Assembly: GCA_016932385.1 (NCBI GenBank)
Contig: JAFGCY010000096.1
Coordinates: forward strand, 26,084 to 90,083
DNA: 64,000 nt
Direction: 5' to 3'
Source: a bacterium
Lineage (GTDB): Bacteria; 4484-113; JAFGCY01
The notes under the pieces were generated by a model. That model ran no database searches. It was not told the DNA's origin and worked only from the letters and a program-made list of their open reading frames with translations. Shown here one piece after another: positions 55,105-64,000 of this stretch; within the stretch, counting starts at the first letter, position 1, and each line of letters starts with the position of its first letter. Both the position numbers and the translations under genes were made by a program.

Positions 55105-56016
55105 TTAGTGTTCCGCTTCCTCTTCTGCTTCGTCCGCGGGGGTTTCAGCGTCCGCGCCGGGTTCTTCCGTCACTTCTTCCGTGCCGGCCGCCTCATCCTC
55201 GACGACGGCTTCCTCGCCGGCCGTTTCTTCCAACACAGCCTCTTCCCCGCTTTCCAGGGTCGCCACCGCGGCGTTGGCGGCCTCATCCGGCTCGCCGTCT
55301 TCCTGCTTCTGATGCATACCCAGGATCAGGTACTCGAACAGCTGTTTGTCTTCCGCGGAGTCCAGACAGAGGATATCCAGCGTCGCGCTGTTGATAATCT
55401 CATCCTCGAGCTCGACCTGCACCGGGAAGGCCTCTTTGGCCTTGATCTTCTCCTTGATCGTTTCCTTGCAGTCCTCATAGGTCAGCGTCGCCAGTGAGCT
55501 TTCCGTCAGGTGGTTGAACTGGACGTGCTTGTTCTTGATGTCGTCGGCGTTGTCTTCCCACTCTTTTTGCATTTTCTCTTCGGTGATGTCGATTCGGGAC
55601 TCAACCAGCGCATCCCAGAGCAGCCGGCTGCGCATGTCGTTGATGAACTCCTTTTCCGAGATCGACTGCTCGGAAAGGAACTGGTCCCACGTCTTGCCCG
55701 AGTTGATCTGCTGCTCACGCGTCATTTCCATCATTTCATCGAACCTGGTCTCATCGACTTTGACACCGTCCTGCGCGGCAATCTGATGCAGCCGGTCATA
55801 GGCGATCAGCTGGCGCAGTGGTCCGCGCATATACTGGTAAGTAATCACGTCCGCGGCATACACCGGATGCCCGTTCATGTTCATCACCGGCTTGCTGTCC
55901 GCCTTGGGGGCGTACTGGCCGTTGGGTCCATCCTGGGTGCTGGCCGTGGTTACGCAACCCAGCAGCAACCCGACCAGCAACGCGGCGATGACCCACGTGA
56001 TGTTGACTTTGTTCAT
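55105..56016 (-). CDS. Lipoprotein with SurA-N/PrsA-like chaperone region and acidic tail
   Basis: Lipobox LLLG-C; helical core with ITEE.MQ..W; no parvulin motifs seen. Confidence 0.6.
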   Translation of the reverse strand: MNKVNITWVIAALLVGLLLGCVTTASTQDGPNGQYAPKADSKPVMNMNGHPVYAADVITYQYMRGPLRQLIAYDRLHQIAAQDGVKVDETRFDEMMEMTREQQINSGKTWDQFLSEQSISEKEFINDMRSRLLWDALVESRIDITEEKMQKEWEDNADDIKNKHVQFNHLTESSLATLTYEDCKETIKEKIKAKEAFPVQVELEDEIINSATLDILCLDSAEDKQLFEYLILGMHQKQEDGEPDEAANAAVATLESGEEAVLEETAGEEAVVEDEAAGTEEVTEEPGADAETPADEAEEEAEH

Positions 56017-56139
56017 TATGTGCTCCTTGTAAGCCCTGAATGGCCGTTTATACTACCGGCGGTCCTGCGCTTTGTAAACGATCAAGGCGCTCGTGATAGA
56101 ATTTGCGTTCTTGTATCAAGCTTGCCCTGCGAGGTTACC

Positions 56140-57582
56140 GTGCGCATCAGTATCGTTGCTAAACCGGCCAAGACCCTCAAGCCCGAAATTACCTGCTATT
56201 TCCTTAATCCAGACGTGCGCTACGCCGCCAATGTTCCGGCCGCGCTGGCTAACGTCAACTCGGATGCCAATCCACCCGTCATCGTTCCGGCCGCAGACCG
56301 GCTGCTGCTCGGTTTTAACCTGCCGGTCTACAAATACTACGAAGAGCATGAAGCCCGCCGCGTCGCCGGCGGATCGACCGTGCGCGAACTGCGGCGCATG
56401 AACAAGACGGTCGCCACCTGGATCCTGGATGGGAAATTCCCGCTCGAGCATTTCACCCAGCTGGTAACCGGCGCGCTGATGGCCGACTACCGTTTTCTCG
56501 ATTACAAGTCACAGAAGCCGGCGCAGCTGGCTAAGGAACAGCTGGTGATCGTCGCCGGGGCGAACGCACCGGCATTTAAGCGCGAGCTGGCGCGGCTCCA
56601 GGCGATCGACGCCGGCGTCCGCGTGGCGCGCGACCTCGCTAACACGCCGGCCAACGACCTGGTACCGCTGGACCTGGCCGATTTCGCACGCCGGTTGGCT
56701 AAGGAGCACGGCCTGTCCTTCAAAGCGCTCAGCGCCGCCCAGCTGGAAAAAGGCGGCTACGTGGGCCTGACCCAGGTCGGCAAGGGCAGCGTGCATCCGC
56801 CCGTGATGTTCACGCTGACTTACCAGCCCAAGGTCAGCAATCGCCAGGCTCAGCCGCTCTGCCTCGTCGGCAAGGGCCTGTGCTTCGACGCCGGCGGCGT
56901 GAACCTGAAACCCTGGGAAGGCATGTGGAACATGAAGGCGGACATGGGCGGCGCCGCCGCCGTCATCGGCGCGATGAAATCCATTGCCCTGCTGAAGCCC
57001 CGCGTCGAGGTCACCGCCGTCATCGGTTCGGCGATCAATGTGCTTGACGGCAAGGCCGTGCTGCCGGGCGATATCTTGCGCTACCGCAACGGGCGCACGG
57101 TGGAAATCCAGAATACCGACGCCGAAGGCCGGCTGGTGCTGGCCGACGCCCTGCTCTACAGCCAGCAGATCCTGAAACAGCGCCGAATCGTCGACTTCGC
57201 CACGCTGACCGGTGCCTGCGCGCGAGCATTGGGGGTGCAGTACATCGGCCTGCTGTCCCGCGCCCAGGGGCTGAAAGCCGATGTCGAGCGTGCGGCTGAA
57301 ATCAGCGGCGAAAACACGTGGGAACTGCCGCTGCATCCGGAGTACCGCCTGCAGCTCAAGAGCTCCATCGCCGACGTGCGCAATATCGGCGGCGCGATTG
57401 CCGGGGCGCAAACCGCGGCTTGGTTCCTGCACGAGTTCATCGAGGAGAAGACCGAATACGTCCACCTGGATATTGCCGGCACCTTCCTGACGGAAAAGGA
57501 AGACAAGTACTGGAGCCAAGCCGGCATGACTGGGTCCGGCGTACGTTTGGCGGTGGCGCTGGCGGAGTTATCGGCCGGCTAG
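56140..57582 (+). CDS. pepA: Leucyl aminopeptidase (M17)
   Basis: GTG 56140; VGKGL.FD.GG..LK, MKADMGGAA, NTDAEGRLVLAD, ATLTGA, HLDIAG. Confidence 0.95.
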   Translation: MRISIVAKPAKTLKPEITCYFLNPDVRYAANVPAALANVNSDANPPVIVPAADRLLLGFNLPVYKYYEEHEARRVAGGSTVRELRRMNKTVATWILDGKFPLEHFTQLVTGALMADYRFLDYKSQKPAQLAKEQLVIVAGANAPAFKRELARLQAIDAGVRVARDLANTPANDLVPLDLADFARRLAKEHGLSFKALSAAQLEKGGYVGLTQVGKGSVHPPVMFTLTYQPKVSNRQAQPLCLVGKGLCFDAGGVNLKPWEGMWNMKADMGGAAAVIGAMKSIALLKPRVEVTAVIGSAINVLDGKAVLPGDILRYRNGRTVEIQNTDAEGRLVLADALLYSQQILKQRRIVDFATLTGACARALGVQYIGLLSRAQGLKADVERAAEISGENTWELPLHPEYRLQLKSSIADVRNIGGAIAGAQTAAWFLHEFIEEKTEYVHLDIAGTFLTEKEDKYWSQAGMTGSGVRLAVALAELSAG

Positions 57583-58118
57583 CGCTTCTCGTACATAAAA
57601 CTGAGATTGACGCCCATATCCTCCAGGTCGCCGGTCATTTCCGGCGTCAGGTCCTGATGCCAGTCGCCGCTGACCGGAATATTGTAGGTGTGGCCGCAGG
57701 ATGTGCAGCGGACTTTAACCTGTTCCACGATTTCGACCTGGCGTAATTCCTCTTCGCGCTCCCAACTGCGCGTCATCTTGTGTTCTTCGATCTGACTGAC
57801 AATCTCAAACCGGTTTTCATGGCATTTGTCACAACGCCGGTTAAAAAAGGTGCCGGGTTTGAGTTTGGACCGTGGAATAAAGCCGAAAGTATCGACGCGG
57901 CCGGTACCGTTGCAGGCACGGCACAACTCGCGCTCGTTGCCGATCAGGCCTTGCCCCTCGCAAAACGGGCAGAGCGGAAACTCCAAAACGTACCCATTGC
58001 CTTCGCACTCGTCACAGGTCGTGGGAATTTGCCTTTTCAGTAGCCCGAACAAAACACTCGTATACACCATCCGCACACCGGTGCCTTGGCAAAACGGGCA
58101 GTTTTTCTTTACCAGCAC
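57579..58118 (-). CDS. Stand-alone DnaJ-type zinc-finger protein with extra CxxC pair
   Basis: CPFCQGTG, CDECEGNG, CPFCEGQG, CRACNGTG, then CDKC and CTSC; GTG start with AGGAGG. Confidence 0.85.
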   Translation of the reverse strand: MLVKKNCPFCQGTGVRMVYTSVLFGLLKRQIPTTCDECEGNGYVLEFPLCPFCEGQGLIGNERELCRACNGTGRVDTFGFIPRSKLKPGTFFNRRCDKCHENRFEIVSQIEEHKMTRSWEREEELRQVEIVEQVKVRCTSCGHTYNIPVSGDWHQDLTPEMTGDLEDMGVNLSFMYEKR

Positions 58119-58286
58119 GAAAGCCTCCTGACCGCAACGACTCTACCTTACATGATACAGCTTTCGTACGACTTAGACAATACGTCTGTACAGCGCTAAT
58201 TAGCCTTCAGCACGCACCGGACTGAGCAATCGATCCTGAACTATGTTACACTTTCGCCAGTAATCACCCTTCCATGGAGGCGAGAC

Positions 58287-59888
58287 TTGGCGGTCACGTC
58301 CCGGCGCGGCGATTCAGCACCCAGCGTCAAATTAGCGGAATTGAGCCTGGAACTCGCGCAGATTCAGGTCAAGGGCTCCAGAACCATCGCCCGGCAGATC
58401 GTCCAAGCCCTGAGCGCGTGCATCGAAACCAACCGCTCCAGCCTGGTCCTGCTCGAAGCCAAGTCGCACAACATCGCCAAGCATGTCAGTGTCGGCTACG
58501 AGCTGAAAAAGCCGCAGCTAGATGAATCCCTGAAGCTGATCAAGGCCGTCTGTGCCTCCAAGAAGCCGTTTTTCTGCTACGACATCCGCGAAACACCTGA
58601 TTTGCTGGCGCCCTGGGCCGATGACTACCGGACGGACGCCTTCATTTTGATTCCGCTGGTCTACAAACATCAAACCCGGGCCGTGGCTTGCGTCAGCAAC
58701 CTGTCGCGGCAGCAATTGATGCAGATCGAGAATTCGCCCGCCCAGTTCGAGCTGATTATCTCCCAGTTGCATCAGCTGGTCAGCCTGCAGCTGGATCTCG
58801 ACGAGGCCGAGGAGTGCGCCAAACCGGCCGTCGACGATGAGTTGGTCCTGATCGGCAACATGATCGACAAATTGGACCAGACGCTCGACTCCCGCAACAT
58901 TTTCAGCCTTTTCGGCGAGTTGATCGCCGATGTCCTGCCGCTGGATCTGCTGGCCGTGATCCACGACAACCTGGCCGGCGATCAATCCGGCGTTGTCTGT
59001 GTCAGGCGCCCTTCGCACCAGCAAGACCTGTCGTCGATCTTCGACAATCTGAGCCGCCAATGGCAACGGCGCCATCGCCGCGCGCCGCACCTCGAGTTGG
59101 AGCAGGCGATGTTGATCGGCGGCGAACTGGTCAGCTACGAAGGCGAATGCCCGCAGGAGCTGGCGCTGGGCCGCGTGGAGACGTTCCCGATCTTCATCGA
59201 CAACGACCTGTTCGCGCTCGTGCTGATCTCGGCCTGCGAGGAAACGCTGCAGGAACGGCGCCTGATGCGCCTGTTCAACATCCTCGCGCACCACCTGCTG
59301 ATGCATGTCAAGAAGTCGCTGCTGCTGGTGCAGAACCAGGAGATGCAGACGGTCGACAGCCTGACCGGCTTGTACAACGAGCGGCACTTCTACCACATGA
59401 TGGACCGCGAGTTCGATCGCGCCGCCCGTTATAACGTGCCGTTGACGATCCTGATCATCGATGTCGACCATTTCAAGGACGTCAACGAGGCCTACGGTTT
59501 CGAGACCGGCGACATGCTCTTACGCGAGATCTCGCGGATCCTGATGGAAAACATGCGTACGACGGACTTCGTCAGCCGTTACAGCGGCGAGCGGTTCATC
59601 ATCGTACTGCCCGAAACTCACAATAAAAACTCGGAAATCATGGCCAACCGCCTGCGGCGGTACATCGAGAACAACAGCTTTTACATTCCGAATACGAACG
59701 TCTTCATCAAGGTAACCGTCTCCATCGGTGTTGCCAGCTACCTGGACCACAAACCGACCAGCCTGGCGCAGTTTATCGAGTTCGCGGATACGGCGTTGTA
59801 TTTCGCCAAGCGGGCTGGACGCAACCAAGTCATTGGCTATAGTTATGTCATTAACGTAATGATGCGTGAGACGGATAACGAGAGCTGA
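58287..59888 (+). CDS. GAF-like sensor plus GGDEF-family domain with variant active site
   Basis: DSLTGLYN, DVDHFK.VN..YG..GD, RTTD-FVSRY-SGERF; TTG start with GGAGG. Confidence 0.9.
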   Translation: MAVTSRRGDSAPSVKLAELSLELAQIQVKGSRTIARQIVQALSACIETNRSSLVLLEAKSHNIAKHVSVGYELKKPQLDESLKLIKAVCASKKPFFCYDIRETPDLLAPWADDYRTDAFILIPLVYKHQTRAVACVSNLSRQQLMQIENSPAQFELIISQLHQLVSLQLDLDEAEECAKPAVDDELVLIGNMIDKLDQTLDSRNIFSLFGELIADVLPLDLLAVIHDNLAGDQSGVVCVRRPSHQQDLSSIFDNLSRQWQRRHRRAPHLELEQAMLIGGELVSYEGECPQELALGRVETFPIFIDNDLFALVLISACEETLQERRLMRLFNILAHHLLMHVKKSLLLVQNQEMQTVDSLTGLYNERHFYHMMDREFDRAARYNVPLTILIIDVDHFKDVNEAYGFETGDMLLREISRILMENMRTTDFVSRYSGERFIIVLPETHNKNSEIMANRLRRYIENNSFYIPNTNVFIKVTVSIGVASYLDHKPTSLAQFIEFADTALYFAKRAGRNQVIGYSYVINVMMRETDNES

Positions 59889-59895
59889 GCAAGCC

Positions 59896-61158
59896 ATGAT
59901 CAGGATCGCAAGCATTTGGACACTGGTTGTTTTCGCGCTGGTCGCGGGGGTCTGTGTGGCCGCGGCACAGCAAAACGATACGCCGCCGGACCTGCCCCCG
60001 ATCGAAGAGGTCGAGGAGCAGGCGGAGTATATCTACGACCCGGCGACTAACACATATATCCCGCGGCCGCAGCCGGATACCGGCGTGTTCGTGCCGATGG
60101 ACTTCAGTTTCCGGATCGGCGTGGTCGGCGACTACATCAAGGAAGTCCCCACCGCCGGCGGGGTGCAGACCCAGGTCAAAACGCCGCTGATTCTGATCGA
60201 CCCGCGCAACGGCGAAATCGGCGTTTATGCCAAGAATTTCCCGGCGCGGATCGTCACCCACTCGGACAACGGCAACTGGGTGGTCGGCGTCGCCGAGAGC
60301 AGCTCGGTCGAGGGCTCGTCCGGCAGCCGCCAGCGCGAATGCGCCGTCTCGCTGGACATGAACGAAGGCGACATCGAGATCATCCAGGAATTCCCGCTGT
60401 TCAGCAAGTTCCAGGCGTTCTTCACGCCCAACGATAACAACGCGATTCTGTACTGTGTCAACGAGCCGGCGGTCGTCAATTCGCTGGTGCGCTACAACCT
60501 GCGCAACAAAGAGGAAGAGATTCTGCCCGCCGAGGGCAACCGCTTCTACCTGTACGGGTTAAAGCAGGATGATCCGCGGGGGATCTGGGTCGAGGACCCG
60601 TTCTCGGTGGCCGATTACCCCGTCGTCGACCTGGTTAACTGGGAAGACGGATCCAACCTGGACAAGGTCAAGTTCCCCGGCTCGTCCTATATCCTGCCCA
60701 GCCCGATGGGCGACGTGCTGCTGGCCGTGGTGGAAAACCGCGCCGAGGCCAGCATCGGCTATTACAAGCTAAGCGACCATTCCTTCCACCAGGTGCCCAA
60801 CCTGGTGCTGACGCGACCGACGGTGAAATGGGCGCACACGGCCATGGCGGTCATCGCCAAGGAATCCACCGCCACACGCGACCGCTTCCTCTGGATCGAC
60901 CTCGAGACGGGCAATGCCCAGGAAATCTGGTCGGACTACTTCAAGATCTCCTACTGGGATATCTCGCCGGACGACGACGCCCTGGTGTTCATCATCGACA
61001 GCGAGAAGGAGCCGGTGCTGTACGTCGTGCCGCTGGACAAGTCGCTGGCCGCAATCAACTGCATCCGGCTGACTGACGTGTCCAATGTCTCCTGGATCGG
61101 TTGCCTGAACCCGCCGCGCGGCAGCGGCAGTTGGCTCGACCGCCTGCTGCCCTTCTAG
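59896..61158 (+). CDS. Secreted hypothetical protein, probable beta-propeller
   Basis: Signal peptide; beta-rich repeats, WDISPD...LVF (PD40/TolB-like). Confidence 0.6.
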   Translation: MIRIASIWTLVVFALVAGVCVAAAQQNDTPPDLPPIEEVEEQAEYIYDPATNTYIPRPQPDTGVFVPMDFSFRIGVVGDYIKEVPTAGGVQTQVKTPLILIDPRNGEIGVYAKNFPARIVTHSDNGNWVVGVAESSSVEGSSGSRQRECAVSLDMNEGDIEIIQEFPLFSKFQAFFTPNDNNAILYCVNEPAVVNSLVRYNLRNKEEEILPAEGNRFYLYGLKQDDPRGIWVEDPFSVADYPVVDLVNWEDGSNLDKVKFPGSSYILPSPMGDVLLAVVENRAEASIGYYKLSDHSFHQVPNLVLTRPTVKWAHTAMAVIAKESTATRDRFLWIDLETGNAQEIWSDYFKISYWDISPDDDALVFIIDSEKEPVLYVVPLDKSLAAINCIRLTDVSNVSWIGCLNPPRGSGSWLDRLLPF

Positions 61159-61184
61159 CGCCAAAGGCGTGCTATCATCGGCGC

Positions 61185-62015
61185 GTGAATATCACTGAGC
61201 TGCACCGTTTGATGAGCACCGCCGCCCAGGCGGCGCACTTGGCCGGCCACGTGCTGGACAGCTATTTCCAGCGTCTGGATAGCTCATTGATCGAGAGTAA
61301 AAGCACGGCGGTCGACCTGGTCACCGCCGCCGACCGCGACGCTGAACAGGTGATCCGCGAGGAACTGGCGCAGGTCTATCCTGAGCTGGGATTCATCGGT
61401 GAGGAATCCGCGCCGGCCGAGCCCAGTTGTGACGGCGATTATTGCTGGGTGGTCGACCCGCTCGACGGCACCAGCAACTTCGTCTGCGGCCTACCGATCT
61501 GGTCCGTGTCGATCGCCCTGTGCCAGGCTACGGCCGCCGGTTACGATCCCCTGGCCGGCGTGGTCTACGCGCCGCAGCTCAACAAGATCTGGACGGCGGT
61601 GCGGGGTCTGGGAGCCTGGCTCAACGCCGCGCCGATCCGCGTCCGCCCCGCCCCGCCGGGCGGCGGCCTGGAGAATGCGATGATCGCCACCGGCTTTCCC
61701 TATACGGTCACGGCCAGCGGGGATTCCACCAACCTCGACAACTTTTCCAACATGCAGCGCCGGTTCCACAAAATCCGCCGGCTGGGCTCGGCCGCGATCG
61801 ACCTGGCGTTCGTCGCCGACGGAACCTACGACGGCATCTGGGAGCTGGGCCTGAAAATCTGGGATATCGCCGCCGGCCAGTTGCTGATCAGCGAGGCCGG
61901 CGGGCTGTTCCGGCGGGTCCAGCTTGATCACTTCAATCCCGAAGTGCATATCATCGCCGCCGCCACTGCCGAGTTGATGCAGACCATGCAGTCCACTTTG
62001 GTTTTCCCCGCATAA
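61185..62015 (+). CDS. suhB: Inositol monophosphatase family protein
   Basis: DLVT.AD, GEE, WVVDPLDGTSNF, RRLGSAA, WDIAAG; GTG 61185. Confidence 0.93.
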   Translation: MNITELHRLMSTAAQAAHLAGHVLDSYFQRLDSSLIESKSTAVDLVTAADRDAEQVIREELAQVYPELGFIGEESAPAEPSCDGDYCWVVDPLDGTSNFVCGLPIWSVSIALCQATAAGYDPLAGVVYAPQLNKIWTAVRGLGAWLNAAPIRVRPAPPGGGLENAMIATGFPYTVTASGDSTNLDNFSNMQRRFHKIRRLGSAAIDLAFVADGTYDGIWELGLKIWDIAAGQLLISEAGGLFRRVQLDHFNPEVHIIAAATAELMQTMQSTLVFPA

Positions 62016-62079
62016 CCGGTCCAGCCGTTTTCGGGCATGTTATGATGATCATTACCTGAAATTCAACACTGAGGACCGC

Positions 62080-62976
62080 ATGATCCGCTTATATACGACA
62101 AACCAGTCAATCATCGACGTGGTCCAGAACGTCGCGGACGGCAAAGGCTACCAGGCCGAGATTCTCAACAAGCTGGACGCGAACGAGCTGGCGGCGTCCG
62201 TTGAGGATCTGAGCATCCTCGTGTTCGATCTCACCTCCGCGACGTTGAGTACGGACGCCGTGATCAGCGCCCTTGATTCGCAGGATCCCGAGCTGCTGCC
62301 ACCCGTGCTGTATATCCTGGCCAGCCCCGCCGACATCGAGCTGGTCACCCAGATGGGCAGCATCGTCAACCAAGACTACATTTTCGTCCCGCTGGAGCCC
62401 GTACAACTCGGCGCCCGTTTCGAGGTTTTGAAAATGTTAGGCCAGCGGCGTCGGCTGACCATGGAAACGGCGATTACGGACAGACTGACCGGCCTCTACA
62501 ACCGCAAGTACTTCCTGAGGCGCCTGGAGGAGGAGTTGTACCGTTCCGTCCGCTACAAATACTCGGTGGGCGTCCTGCTGGCCGTGGTCGACTTTTCGAC
62601 CGACACGGGTCAGCTGACTGAGCAGACCGGCACCGAGGTCATCACGCAGATCGCGGACTATCTCAAGGGCCGCCTGCGCCGCTCAGATATCGTGGCTCGT
62701 TTCAAGTGGGACAACTTCGCGTTTTTACTGCCGGATATCACGATCGAGGACAGCAAGTCCGTGGCCGAGGACGTCAAGAACAAACTGGAGCTTCTCGGCG
62801 TCAGTACTGACGGACAAAACGTCAGAATCAGCGTCAGCCTGGGGCACGTGCTGTTCCCGGTCGACGGCCTGGGTAGCGCGATCGAGGTTGTCGAGGCGCT
62901 GGAAGAATGCACGTTTAAAGCCAAAACAGGCGGAAGCGGCGAGATTTCCTATTATCAGTCAGCCCAGCGCAAGTAA
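62080..62976 (+). CDS. Pseudo-receiver plus degenerate GGDEF domain protein
   Basis: TDRLTGLYNRKYF...L.EEL.R, RRSD-IVARF-KWDNF, ISVSLG. Confidence 0.85.
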   Translation: MIRLYTTNQSIIDVVQNVADGKGYQAEILNKLDANELAASVEDLSILVFDLTSATLSTDAVISALDSQDPELLPPVLYILASPADIELVTQMGSIVNQDYIFVPLEPVQLGARFEVLKMLGQRRRLTMETAITDRLTGLYNRKYFLRRLEEELYRSVRYKYSVGVLLAVVDFSTDTGQLTEQTGTEVITQIADYLKGRLRRSDIVARFKWDNFAFLLPDITIEDSKSVAEDVKNKLELLGVSTDGQNVRISVSLGHVLFPVDGLGSAIEVVEALEECTFKAKTGGSGEISYYQSAQRK

Positions 62977-63054
62977 GCTGGACAACCCGCCGCCGCAACC
63001 AGCCGTAGTAATTTTTCCGGGCCGGAAGTCTTGAATAATAATCGGAGAGTTTGC

Positions 63055-63843
63055 ATGACTAGACTTGTTGCGTTATTGGTGATCCTGCCGATCCTGTTCC
63101 TGGCCACGCAGGCCTGGGCCGCCACCGGACATCAGGCGGACTTCAGCGTTACCGAGAAGTACGACTTCGGCGGCATTGAGATGTCGGACGAAGAGGCCGC
63201 GGCGATGAGCGCCATGGCGGACGCCTTCAATATCCAGGGCCGGATGTACTGGTGCGAGGACGGCATGCGCCAGGAAATGAACATCCCCGGCATGGGCGAG
63301 ATGGTCTCGATCTTCGATTTCCAGACCAAAATCTCCTACCAGATCCTGGAAGATGAGAAGCAGGCGGTCAAGACCGATTTCAGCGAAATCCAGCAGACCG
63401 GCATCCCGCAGCCGGATCAGATGGTCGGCGACTGGGCCAATATCGAGGCCAGTTTGAGCAGCGCCGAGGGTGTCACCGTCGAGGAGTTGGGCACCGAAAC
63501 CGTCCAGGGTTACAGCTGCAAGAAGGTCGCGATCTCCCTGACCCCGCCCGCCGACGACGCGGCTGCTAACGGTGAAGACGACGAGTTCTCGGCGATGGCC
63601 GCCGCCTTCGGCCAGATCGACGTAACCTGCTGGGTCTCCGACGAACTGGAGTCGGTCATCAAAATGGAAATGAACGGCGCCGGCATGTCGATGCTCTGGG
63701 AGCTGAGCAATGTCGAAGACTGGACGCCCGATCCCGCCATGCTGACCGTCGGTGACGGCTACGAGATCCTCACCCAGGAAGAAATGCTCGAGCGGATGAT
63801 GGAGGAGATGGACCTCGGCGGCATGGCCGCGCCGGCCGCCTAA
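63055..63843 (+). CDS. Secreted DUF4412/LolA-like fold protein
   Basis: Signal peptide (AWA), GRMY....MRQEM, LGTETVQGYSCKK, CWVS..L. Confidence 0.6.
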   Translation: MTRLVALLVILPILFLATQAWAATGHQADFSVTEKYDFGGIEMSDEEAAAMSAMADAFNIQGRMYWCEDGMRQEMNIPGMGEMVSIFDFQTKISYQILEDEKQAVKTDFSEIQQTGIPQPDQMVGDWANIEASLSSAEGVTVEELGTETVQGYSCKKVAISLTPPADDAAANGEDDEFSAMAAAFGQIDVTCWVSDELESVIKMEMNGAGMSMLWELSNVEDWTPDPAMLTVGDGYEILTQEEMLERMMEEMDLGGMAAPAA

Positions 63844-63849
63844 GCCGAC

Positions 63850-64000
63850 TTACTCCGCCGCCAGATCGAAATAGAGCAAGCCCGTGCGCTCGCCATTTGC
63901 CGTGCAGACGCGCGTGGCATCGGGCGAGAAAACAAACAGCGAACAGGGCTCCGAAGTGACCGACAGCAGGCCGTCACTCGAGCGCTGCAGGACCAGGTAA
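63850..64000 (-). CDS. C-terminal fragment of a probable beta-propeller protein (starts beyond the window)
   Basis: Open frame ...LFVFSPDATRVCTANGERTGLLYFDLAAE-stop, convergent on the previous gene. Confidence 0.55.
   Translation of the reverse strand, partial: YLVLQRSSDGLLSVTSEPCSLFVFSPDATRVCTANGERTGLLYFDLAAE

Noticed and set aside
55510-56139. N-terminal extensions in the ORF track for pepA (also adk to 4079, kdsD to 27707, ctpA, ftsE, eno, infA to 2513)
   Set aside because: They overlap neighbouring genes or promoters; downstream starts with an SD or -10 fit family lengths better, so they are not fusions.

Overview
A GC-rich bacterial chromosomal window made almost entirely of core genes. 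I found no prophage, IS element, CRISPR array or rRNA. Bases 1-14288 (minus strand) hold the S10-spc-alpha ribosomal protein superoperon, rpsJ to a truncated rpoA. It lacks rpmD and rpsD, and carries a zinc-motif-degenerate L36, a short S14 that has lost two zinc cysteines, and a strongly diverged IF-1. Back-to-back with it is an XRE-HTH/S24 (LexA/CI-like) repressor whose promoter has a perfect palindrome in the spacer. Further on are nfu, a Yip1-MFP-double-permease exporter with no ATPase, mutS2, a secreted 5'-nucleotidase-like protein with altered metal ligands and a Pro/Thr tandem repeat, amj, a V4R protein, kdsD, tetR, thiD, pilD and a REC-PP2C phosphatase. Then come a wecG-ftsEX-M23-ctpA-NYN-envelope operon, an orphan flgJ-N, sufCBD-Rieske-sufSU, a dUTPase, tRNA-Thr(CGT), cheW, eno, ppdK, pepA, a stand-alone DnaJ-type zinc-finger protein, suhB and two degenerate GGDEF proteins. 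The strongest window-wide pattern is that about ten genes have a -10 hexamer 6-8 nt before the start codon and no Shine-Dalgarno, which points to common leaderless mRNAs. The gene mix suggests a diderm, Terrabacteria-like lineage, but this is inference only. All calls come from motif recognition by eye; no database searches were run.
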